64,000 nt of DNA. Origin: Candidatus Poribacteria bacterium. GTDB taxonomy: Bacteria > Poribacteria > WGA-4E > PCPOR2b. Within the stretch, counting starts at the first letter, position 1. The number at the start of each line of letters is the position of its first letter. The stretch covers positions 77,796 through 141,795 of the forward strand of contig PYIZ01000029.1 of NCBI GenBank assembly GCA_003635265.1, in the 5' to 3' direction. The position numbers and the translations under genes were made by a program. Under the pieces are notes generated by a model. That model made no database searches. It saw nothing but the letters and a program-made list of their open reading frames with translations, and had not been told where the DNA came from. Shown here piece after piece: positions 56,581 to 64,000 of the stretch.

Positions 56581-57648
56581 CTATCCGTACCTTTCTCGAA
56601 GAATTTCTGCCGCTTTCGCTTCGTTTTTGAGCTTTTGGTATGCCTCGTCGATAGGAATTTCTGCTGCGCTGCCGGGCGCAAATCCACAGTCTGGATTCAG
56701 AGTGATACGCTCAGGGGACAGGTGGCGCAACGCGCTTTCAACCCGTGCAACAATCTCTTCAGGCGTGTCAATATGTTCGCCTCGACAATCGACGCAGCCG
56801 AGACCGACGGTCTTATCTTCAGGGATCTCCTTCAACACTGCAAGATCGCCAGCGACTGGAATCGTGAACTCCATCAGATACTGATCAACTTTGAGCCGTT
56901 TCAGGTAAGGCAGAATCGGTTCATATCCCCCTTCGCCAATCCAGCCATCACGCCCTTTATTACGTCGGCACAGGTGGATGGCAATCTGAATCCCATCAAC
57001 ACTGTCAATAATCTGATTCAGCAGATCGACACACAAATCCATCTCACGGTCAGGATCCTCGTAACTCGCCCGGACAGACCCATCAACAAAGAGACACAGA
57101 TGTGGATCATCAAACTGAGCGACGGTTGCCCCTGCCTCCCTGATGGCGATAAGTTCGTTTCGCAAGATATCGACGAGATCATACATGAATGACTCGCGTG
57201 TTGGGTATGCGTCCCGCGATTTTTTTGGGTCCCACATCCGCTGTCCTAACAGATACGGAGATGGGAGACACACCTTTGTCAGTCGATCGGTGTGCTGCTG
57301 CAAAAATGCTGCCTCCGCTGCAATAACCCCCGGCTGCTTGAGGCGTATTTTATCGACCGCGGTTGTCCAGTGCATCCCCTCCTGCATACTCAACTCGAAT
57401 CCACTTGCGATGTCTGCGATTACGCCGATGTAGGAACGCCGCCGCCACTCGCCATCGGAGATGATGTCGATCCCCGCAGCTTCCTGTAGCGCAATGATGT
57501 ATCGGACAGCGGCATCCATCTCTTTTTGCGTTTCAGCTTCAGAACGTTGTAGCTCGTTTTCCAGTGCAAGCAGATCGCGGACAAAATCAGACCGTGGCAT
57601 ACTGCCCACAACAGTGGTTGGGAATAGGGGGAGTTGTTGATTTAACAT
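56581..57648 (-). CDS. Cobalamin-independent methionine synthase-like methyltransferase (MetE C-terminal domain family)
   Basis: ORF 56581..57648. LPLFPTTVVGSMPRS, IAIHLCRRN, LNPDCGF (Zn-ligand motifs). Confidence 0.78.
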   Translation of the reverse strand: MLNQQLPLFPTTVVGSMPRSDFVRDLLALENELQRSEAETQKEMDAAVRYIIALQEAAGIDIISDGEWRRRSYIGVIADIASGFELSMQEGMHWTTAVDKIRLKQPGVIAAEAAFLQQHTDRLTKVCLPSPYLLGQRMWDPKKSRDAYPTRESFMYDLVDILRNELIAIREAGATVAQFDDPHLCLFVDGSVRASYEDPDREMDLCVDLLNQIIDSVDGIQIAIHLCRRNKGRDGWIGEGGYEPILPYLKRLKVDQYLMEFTIPVAGDLAVLKEIPEDKTVGLGCVDCRGEHIDTPEEIVARVESALRHLSPERITLNPDCGFAPGSAAEIPIDEAYQKLKNEAKAAEILRERYG

Positions 57649-57664
57649 AGGATTGTCACACCCT

Positions 57665-58210
57665 TTAAGTATTCATCTCCGAGAGCGCATTCTCATAGCC
57701 TGCGTAGGTCGCATCGTCAAAGAGGACGAAACGCACCTCTTCGATGCCATCGTGTCCTTCTAGGAATTCTTTCACCGCATTGAGAGCGGTGCCAGCTGCT
57801 CTGTCAATCGGATAGCCGTAGATACCTGTGCTGATTGATGGGAACGCAACTGTCTTGATGTTGTGTTTGAGCGCTAGGCTCAAGCTCTCCCGGTAACAAC
57901 TAGCGAGGAGATTCGGCTCGCCGGCATTTCCGCCCCGCCAGATCGGTCCCACAGTGTGGATGACACGGTTCGCGGGGAGATTTCCGCCCGTTGTGATCAC
58001 CGCACTCCCCGTCGGACAACCGCCCTGCTCGGCACGGATTTCGTTGCATTCCGCCATAATCGCCGGTCCCCCGGCGCGGTGGATTGCGCCATCAACACCA
58101 CCGCCGCCCATAAGTTGCTCATTCGCGGCGTTGACAATCGCATCAACCTGTTCTTTTGTAATATCTCCTTGTACAAGGGTGAGAGTCGTTTGGTTAATTT
58201 TGACTTGCAT
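57665..58210 (-). CDS. Macro-domain protein (O-acetyl-ADP-ribose deacetylase-like)
   Basis: ORF 57665..58282. The start is moved to MQVKINQTTLTLVQGDIT (ATG 58208-58210, GGAGG 6 nt upstream). Motifs: AIVNAANEQLMGGGGVDGAIHRAGG and AFPSISTGIYGYP. Confidence 0.88.
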   Translation of the reverse strand: MQVKINQTTLTLVQGDITKEQVDAIVNAANEQLMGGGGVDGAIHRAGGPAIMAECNEIRAEQGGCPTGSAVITTGGNLPANRVIHTVGPIWRGGNAGEPNLLASCYRESLSLALKHNIKTVAFPSISTGIYGYPIDRAAGTALNAVKEFLEGHDGIEEVRFVLFDDATYAGYENALSEMNT

Positions 58211-58259
58211 CGGTGCCTCCGTGTATGAAACGTGAAGACCAGAAAACGCGGATTTATTT

Positions 58260-58294
58260 AACGCAAAGGCGCAGAGACGCAAAGACGCAAGGAC
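58260..58294. repeat. Tandem 8-nt word array (ACGCAAAG-type), 4 units
   Basis: ACGCAAAG GCGCAGAG ACGCAAAG ACGCAAGG. It lies 50-85 nt upstream of the macro-domain start. Confidence 0.85.
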
Positions 58295-58339
58295 TTAAAT
58301 ATTTCTTTACGTCATGGCGTTCTATTTTTCTTAGCGTCA

Positions 58340-58375
58340 TAATGAACGAATGAACTTCTGAACCAATGAACTAAC
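58340..58375. repeat. Degenerate TGAAC-word array, same family as 44747-44796
   Basis: TAATGAAC GAATGAAC ttcTGAAC CAATGAAC taac. Confidence 0.75.
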
Positions 58376-58387
58376 ATAGTCTCTATA

Positions 58388-60487
58388 TCATTCAGTTACG
58401 GGACTCATAAGAATATTTCCGTCGCTATCCAGATACCCGCGATAGTCGGGTGGAACGACAATGGTTGAATCGTATTCATCAATGAGTAAGGGACCGGTTG
58501 TGCCTTCCTCTCCCAGATCGTGACGCGAAATGACAAGGGTATCAATTGTCCCCCACGATTCACCGAAATAAGCCTCCCGACTCGCTGCACGTGCTCCCAA
58601 CCGTTCTGCCGGATTAAGTACACCTTGTTGACCGCGTATGCCCGCCTGCCCAATCAGCCGTACCGCCACAACTTCGACCGGGTTGTCCGGATCAGATCGG
58701 TGTCCATAGAGCCGTTCATGCTCTGTTTCAAAGGTTGTGTATAGCGTTTTTACTGTCGTTTCGGTGAAGTGCTCATCCGCCACTGGGAGGCGTATCTCTG
58801 ACGCTTGTCCCTTAAAGCGAACATCAACGCTGCAACTCAGCGTCACTTGATCGGCGGGATAGCCTTCGGTATCAAATTGAGCGAGCATATTGCGCTGCAT
58901 CTCCGCTTTGATCCCTTCCAAAACCGTTGCATTGAGCGTCTCACCGGAGAGCAGACAACTACGGACATCGTGATGTTCGACACCGGAAAAGAGTAGACCC
59001 AAGGTGCTAAATAGACCGGGCAGCGGCGGCACAATAACCTGACGAATCAAGAGTTCCTTTGCCAACCCCGCTGCGTGAATCGGACCAGATCCCCCAAAAG
59101 CCATCAGGGCAAATTCGCGTGGATCGCGTCCACGCTCGGTGGAAACAGCACGCAGTGCTCGCATGGTGCGGGCATTGGCAATTCGGTGAATTCCCTCCGC
59201 CGCCTGAAGCAGATCCATGCCAAGGGGCGCAGCAATGTGGTCGTATATCGTTCGTTGGGCAGTTTCAATGTCAATACTCACCTCTCCATCAGCCAATTCA
59301 CCGGGGCGAATATAGCCCAACACCACATTGGCATCGGTGACGGTCGGCTCAGTGCCTCCGCGTTGATAGCAGACCGGTCCCGGGACAGCACCTGCACTAC
59401 GGGGACCGACGTGCAAACCGCCCGCACCATCCAGATACGCGATGCTGCCGCCACCTGATCCAACTTCAGCGATGTCAATACTCGGAGCGCGAATCAGTTC
59501 ACCACCCCCACCAACGAGCCGATTCCCCGCCGAAACCGAAGCACCAACTTCGTATTCTGGGCTGTAAGCCACTGCACCATCCTCAATCATGGAGGCTTTA
59601 GCGGTGGTGCCTCCCATATCGAGTGTAATGAGGTTATCCGTTCCTAGCCGTTGTGCCGTAAATCCAGCCGCCAACACACCGGCAGCGGGACCTGATTCCA
59701 AGACAAAGACCGGCAATCGTGCAGCGTCTGATTCTGGTGTTAGTCCGCCCGCTGACTGCATCATCAACAACGGTCCTTCAATCCCCATATCCTGTAAACC
59801 GCTGCGCATAGCGTTCAGGTAACGCTGCATGACGGGACGGACGTAGGCGTTGACGACAGTTGTGGCGGTCCGTTCGTACTCTTTGCGTTCCGGGAGCACT
59901 TCAGATGATAGAGAAACCGGTACATCTGGCAGCTGTGCTCTCAAGAAATCGCCGACGATGTTTTCGTGTTGGGGGAAGGCGTAGGCGTGGAGGGTACAAA
60001 CCGCCACAGATTCAACCGCCTCTTTCTCCAATTCCTCCTTGAGCTGCCACAGTTCGGACTCCGATAGTGGGGTCAGCACCTCGCCGGATGCAGAGATCCG
60101 TTCCGTCAGTTCAAAGCGCAGGTAGCGTTCGACAAGTGCTTCGGGCTTTTCAAAGAACAGGTCGTACATCTGGGGCGCACGGATGCGCCTCAGTTCGAGA
60201 ACATCTCGGAAGCCTTTGGTGGTGATCAGGGCGGTTTTCGCACCTCGTTTTTCTAAAACAGCGTTGGTTGCCACCGTGGTGCCGTGTGCGACTTCGCTGA
60301 CGGTTGTTCCTGCAGCGTCGGTTGTGCGTAATAGATGCTCGATTGCATTTAGCACTGCCCTTTCAAAATCAGGCGGTGTGGAAGGGACTTTATGGGTCCA
60401 GATGTTTCCACTGGTGTCAATTAGGACAACATCGGTGAAGGTGCCGCCGACATCCGCACCAATTCGCATTGTGTTTTGATTAGTCAT
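58388..60487 (-). CDS. Hydantoinase/oxoprolinase A-subunit family protein (HyuA-like)
   Basis: ORF 58388..60544. The likely start is MTNQNTMRIGADVGGTFTDVVLID (ATG 60485-60487, 2 nt after the upstream stop) or the ATG six codons later. The roughly 700-aa size is typical of HyuA. Confidence 0.82.
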   Translation of the reverse strand: MTNQNTMRIGADVGGTFTDVVLIDTSGNIWTHKVPSTPPDFERAVLNAIEHLLRTTDAAGTTVSEVAHGTTVATNAVLEKRGAKTALITTKGFRDVLELRRIRAPQMYDLFFEKPEALVERYLRFELTERISASGEVLTPLSESELWQLKEELEKEAVESVAVCTLHAYAFPQHENIVGDFLRAQLPDVPVSLSSEVLPERKEYERTATTVVNAYVRPVMQRYLNAMRSGLQDMGIEGPLLMMQSAGGLTPESDAARLPVFVLESGPAAGVLAAGFTAQRLGTDNLITLDMGGTTAKASMIEDGAVAYSPEYEVGASVSAGNRLVGGGGELIRAPSIDIAEVGSGGGSIAYLDGAGGLHVGPRSAGAVPGPVCYQRGGTEPTVTDANVVLGYIRPGELADGEVSIDIETAQRTIYDHIAAPLGMDLLQAAEGIHRIANARTMRALRAVSTERGRDPREFALMAFGGSGPIHAAGLAKELLIRQVIVPPLPGLFSTLGLLFSGVEHHDVRSCLLSGETLNATVLEGIKAEMQRNMLAQFDTEGYPADQVTLSCSVDVRFKGQASEIRLPVADEHFTETTVKTLYTTFETEHERLYGHRSDPDNPVEVVAVRLIGQAGIRGQQGVLNPAERLGARAASREAYFGESWGTIDTLVISRHDLGEEGTTGPLLIDEYDSTIVVPPDYRGYLDSDGNILMSPVTE

Positions 60488-60489
60488 CG

Positions 60490-62157
60490 TTATCGTGGGA
60501 TTACTGGTAATGTAATGTGAGAAGGATATTGTGCGTTGTGGCAAATTGTCTGGTGTGCTAATTCAATCTCGGCGTCCAGTCCCGGTGTGCTGCCGGTGTT
60601 TTGGTTCCGGTCAAAGCGCGGGAAGTTGCTACTGGAAACCTCGACGCGAATTTGGTGCCCCGCCTTGAAGAGGTTGCTTGTTTCCCAAAGTATAACCTTG
60701 TAGGCACAGATGGTTTCGGGTTCGATCAATGTCGGTTCTTCGTATGAATTGCGGAATCGCGCCCGTAGGATGCCTTCGCAGATGTTAATCGCTTTCCCGC
60801 CCGGATGGACATCGACGAGCGTTGCGGTGAAATCGGTATCGGGCGCACTAGAGGCGGCGTAGAGTGTAAGTTCAATCTGTCCTGTGACCTCCAAATCCTC
60901 GGTGAGCGGCGGCGTGGAATAGACCAGTACATCGTCTCGGCGTTCCACAGAGCGTCTGTCTTGTGGACCCGTGTTATCAATAAACATACTCTGGCCGCCC
61001 ACGGTGGGAACAGGATTTTCGGGATCGTAGGTGAAGGAATCTGTTGGTTCATCTTGTGGAGGTTGAACTGTCAGTTCGCCGTCGCCGTGGAGAGAGTTAG
61101 CGCGTCCCCCGCTGTGTAGGTAGAATTTGGTATATCGCGTCCGCGCAAGGGGCCACTCATGCTCATCGCGCCAGACGTTTTCCCCCATCACAAAAATTCG
61201 GACGGGAGGTTCGTCGTCTATGCCGGTGTCGATACCTTTTAGCCGTTGATCATACCAACGCAGGTGAGCGTCCGGAATATCTATCGCTGCGTTTGAACCG
61301 AAATCGATATCACCGAACGGTTCAGCGCTGCCAATCGCAGAATGCGTCCACGGTCCCACTAGCAATTTTGTCCGTTCTCTGGCTTCCTCCGTCCGAGCAT
61401 GTGTTGTCCAACCGTTGAAACACTTGAAGCCTTCGTGAACGAGGTTATCGTACCACCCGGTGATAAAATACGCAGGCGTTTCGACTTCAGCGTACCTGTA
61501 CTTCATGCTGTAGGATTTCCAGAAATCGTCAAAGGCGTTGTGTCGGATCGCCTCTCTGTAGAACGGACGATCCCCGATGCTGTCAAGAGCAGAAATCAGC
61601 GGCAATCTCCGATAAACCTCTTCCCAATCGATTAGATCTCTCGGCGCGTTCTGGTTTGTGCGGTTGCCAAGCCAGATGAAGTTCATAGCGTTCTGAAGCT
61701 GCAGGACACCGTTATACCGCATGTGTCCGTAATTGTCCTCTTGGTTGGCTATTGGAACGAGTGCCTTGACATAGGGGCTGCGGAGCGCTGCTGGCAGAAT
61801 CTGAGTAAATCCGGGATAGGAAACGCCAAAAGTCCCGATGTTGCCGTCGCACCACGGCTGGGCACCCAGCCACTGCTGCGTGTCGTAACCATCATTGGTT
61901 TCGTCGATATAGGGTCGCCACAGTCCCTCCGAATCGTAGCGTCCACGGGAGTCCTGCATCACCACTGCGTAACCGCTCTGTGCGAAACGCACCGCCCAAT
62001 CCACATAACGCGGATGTTGCGTGCTGTAGGGAGACCTGATGAGCAGCACAGGAAACTTATCGCCAGCGGTAGGTCGGTACAAGGCACCGTAGAGCCGGAC
62101 ACCATCGCGCATGGGGATTTTGAGGTCTAACTGGAGGCGGATATCTTGGTTTGGCAT
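60490..62157 (-). CDS. CocE/NonD-family serine hydrolase (X-Pro dipeptidyl-peptidase S15 family)
   Basis: ORF 60490..62157 with an AAGGAG RBS. IPMRDGVRLYGALYRP, the nucleophile motif GVSYPG, and a C-terminal beta-sandwich region. Confidence 0.82.
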   Translation of the reverse strand: MPNQDIRLQLDLKIPMRDGVRLYGALYRPTAGDKFPVLLIRSPYSTQHPRYVDWAVRFAQSGYAVVMQDSRGRYDSEGLWRPYIDETNDGYDTQQWLGAQPWCDGNIGTFGVSYPGFTQILPAALRSPYVKALVPIANQEDNYGHMRYNGVLQLQNAMNFIWLGNRTNQNAPRDLIDWEEVYRRLPLISALDSIGDRPFYREAIRHNAFDDFWKSYSMKYRYAEVETPAYFITGWYDNLVHEGFKCFNGWTTHARTEEARERTKLLVGPWTHSAIGSAEPFGDIDFGSNAAIDIPDAHLRWYDQRLKGIDTGIDDEPPVRIFVMGENVWRDEHEWPLARTRYTKFYLHSGGRANSLHGDGELTVQPPQDEPTDSFTYDPENPVPTVGGQSMFIDNTGPQDRRSVERRDDVLVYSTPPLTEDLEVTGQIELTLYAASSAPDTDFTATLVDVHPGGKAINICEGILRARFRNSYEEPTLIEPETICAYKVILWETSNLFKAGHQIRVEVSSSNFPRFDRNQNTGSTPGLDAEIELAHQTICHNAQYPSHITLPVIPR

Positions 62158-62185
62158 GGAATACTCCTTTACATTGGAACAAACT

Positions 62186-64000
62186 TTACTTCAGAATCAG
62201 CATCTTCCTCGTTGCTGTGAACTCTCCCGCTGTTAATGTGTAAAAATAGAGACCGCTGGCGACAGATTCGCCTAGCTGGTTCCGTCCGTCCCAATACACC
62301 GCGCGACTACGATTACGATACATACCCGCTGCTTGATGCCCCAACGCCAAACGGCGAGCTAGCTGCCCGTTAATATCATAAATCGTCAGTATCACATCTG
62401 CTGACTCCGCCAACTGATACGGTATCCATGTCTCTGGATTAAAGGGATTCGGATAGTTATGGAGCAGCGCGGTCTCTTTAGGTATCAGTGAGGCTAACAG
62501 ATTTTCCAGAAATTCGATACCCTGTTTGAAGACAAGCGAACCGTCATCTTCCAACCGTGCCTGTGCAATCCACGCTTCTATCATAGCAGGATCTAGCCTC
62601 TCTGCTTCGATCGCCGGTGCAGCCGGTGCTATAGTGCTGCCAATTTTCCGCGCCACGAGGACAATGTCGAGGATGCTGACAACGCCATCACGGTTGAGAT
62701 CCACCGGTGAGTTGGGGGGCACTTTGTTTCCCAACTGCTGTGCGATGAGAACCAGGTCTAGGATACTGACCCTTCCATCTCTATTCACATCCCCGGTTGC
62801 CAGTTGTTCCTCCACAGTGATGCGGATCTGCTGAGGCACTGCAGAGATCTGCTGCCCGGTAATAGCGGCGAACTCAAAGTTCTGCAGTGCCAACTCTGTT
62901 TCACCGACGGATTTCGCCTTGAACGTCACCTGAAGCAGAGTGCCGGTGCCCGTCACACCTTGGCTAGACAGCCGCGCTGCACTGAGTTGCGTGATCTTAC
63001 CCGCTGCGTTGTCAATGCTGCCACTCTGAAAGAAGGTCGTTCCACCATCGGTCTTCAAAAAATCGCCTTCGCTCACGTCAATAGCCTCAAGGATGGCAGG
63101 GTCGAAGGCAATATCAAACTGCCAACCTGCAAAGTCGATAACATTTTCCGCATGGATATTGAGAGTAAAGGTATCGCCCGTATGAATTGGCGTCTGAGAA
63201 AAAATGTATCCCACACCGGTGGTTGCTACTGTATATTCCGTGCCAAGCTTAAACCCAAACTCGCCGTTATGAATCCTATTATTTAACTCAACTGCAACTA
63301 ATAGAATATTTTTTCCCGCCCTAAGTGTGACCGGGGCAAAATCGGTGTAACCCCCAGACCCAAAAATTTGGAAATTATTGTAAACCAGCGTCCCGTTGAG
63401 CCAAACCCTTAGCCCATCATCGGCACCGACGTGCAACGTTGTCTCCTGTTCCTCTGGCGAATACAAGGATACAGTACCGTAGATGACCCCGGAAAAAGGG
63501 GAAGCAGGAAGTTGTAGCATATCGCCGATGTTATTTTGTACCCCAGATGGGAGTTTGTGGGAGACCCACACCTCATCGCCAACAGGCTTTCCCACCGTTG
63601 CCCCGCGGGTAGCAACCCCTAATTCTGTTACCGTGCCCCCACTCACTTCTGATAGTAAATCCGTGTTGCTATCCAGTCTTCTGTCCGGTAACACGACCCA
63701 TAGCCACGGACCTTCTATATTCGGTCCCCCGTCTTTAGGAATCCCCGGATTGCCGGACCAAGAGAGTTTTATCTTCTTGCGTAACTCCTCCAAAGGTGAA
63801 AGGTCAGAAATGTTATTGCGATCAACCGCTAGCCATGTTAAGTTGGTTAAGTTCGCAATCGGCGATACATCCAATATATCGTTGTTATCAAGTCTTAGCC
63901 ATTTCAAGTTCATTAACCCAGCAATCGGCGATATATCCGATATATCGTTATCTTGAAGACCTAGACGGGTTAATCCGGTTAATCCTGCAAGCGGGGATAT
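62186..64000 (-). CDS. Multidomain surface protein: LRR - PA14-like lectin - cohesin - dockerin pair - T9SS-type/FlgD-like C-terminal domain. The N-terminus lies beyond the window.
   Basis: ORF 62186..63913, but my translation stays open and LRR-like up to base 64000 (ISPLAGLTGLTRLGLQDNDISDISPIAGLMNLKWLRLDNN). HVGADDGLRVWLNGTLV is PA14-like. FDIAFDPAILEAIDVSEGDF is cohesin-like. GDVNRDGRVSILDLVLI and DLNRDGVVSILDIVLV are dockerin repeats. NYPNPFNPETWIPYQL...GLYFYTLTAGEFTATRKMLILK is the C-terminal sorting-type domain. Confidence 0.8.
   Translation of the reverse strand: MSPLAGLTGLTRLGLQDNDISDISPIAGLMNLKWLRLDNNDILDVSPIANLTNLTWLAVDRNNISDLSPLEELRKKIKLSWSGNPGIPKDGGPNIEGPWLWVVLPDRRLDSNTDLLSEVSGGTVTELGVATRGATVGKPVGDEVWVSHKLPSGVQNNIGDMLQLPASPFSGVIYGTVSLYSPEEQETTLHVGADDGLRVWLNGTLVYNNFQIFGSGGYTDFAPVTLRAGKNILLVAVELNNRIHNGEFGFKLGTEYTVATTGVGYIFSQTPIHTGDTFTLNIHAENVIDFAGWQFDIAFDPAILEAIDVSEGDFLKTDGGTTFFQSGSIDNAAGKITQLSAARLSSQGVTGTGTLLQVTFKAKSVGETELALQNFEFAAITGQQISAVPQQIRITVEEQLATGDVNRDGRVSILDLVLIAQQLGNKVPPNSPVDLNRDGVVSILDIVLVARKIGSTIAPAAPAIEAERLDPAMIEAWIAQARLEDDGSLVFKQGIEFLENLLASLIPKETALLHNYPNPFNPETWIPYQLAESADVILTIYDINGQLARRLALGHQAAGMYRNRSRAVYWDGRNQLGESVASGLYFYTLTAGEFTATRKMLILK

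Noticed and set aside
56524-57192. 222-aa plus-strand ORF
   Set aside because: It is antisense to the MetE-like gene and the start of the MFS gene, and has no motifs.
62526-63956. Plus-strand ORFs of 102, 160 and 157 aa
   Set aside because: They are antisense to the multidomain LRR-cohesin-dockerin gene, whose domains are clearly recognisable.

Overview
This is a 64-kb bacterial chromosomal window with genes on both strands. I found no rRNA, tRNA, CRISPR array or transposase gene by eye.

**Core (23232-41956, minus strand).** An uninterrupted str-S10-spc-alpha ribosomal supercluster: rpsL-rpsG-fusA-tuf-rpsJ-rplC-rplD-rplW-rplB-rpsS-rplV-rpsC-rplP-rpmC-rpsQ-rplN-rplX-rplE-rpsN-rpsH-rplF-rplR-rpsE-rplO-secY-rpmJ-rpsM-rpsK-rpsD-rpoA-rplQ.
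- It starts behind a textbook TTGACA-N17-TATAAT promoter and ends at a bidirectional terminator.
- rpmD (L30), adk, map and infA are absent. A roughly 90-bp MITE occupies the L30 slot.

**Flanks (accessory metabolism and surface proteins).**
- A formylglycine sulfatase, a GH42-like hydrolase, and an anaerobic sulfatase maturase that carries a SEC-C tail.
- Five PhyH-family dioxygenases and two aldo/keto reductases.
- A creatininase-PhyH-sarcosine-oxidase operon.
- A TIM-barrel / 674-aa orphan / BKACE / hotdog thioesterase / GMC oxidoreductase cluster.
- HyuA coupled to a CocE/NonD hydrolase, and a macro-MetE-like-MFS operon.
- Four secreted PD40 beta-propeller paralogs that share a C-terminal tail.
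- A Tyr-rich lipoprotein coupled to an outer-membrane barrel.
- A partial LRR-cohesin-dockerin protein with a T9SS-type C-terminal domain.

**Non-coding DNA, which is unusually structured.**
- A MITE family with target-site duplications.
- GTAG-headed REP-like hairpins.
- A recurring CCCGAT-NN-ATCGGG palindrome.
- Arrays of 7-8-nt words that recur in many intergenic spacers.

Product calls rest on motif recognition in the supplied translations. No database search was possible.
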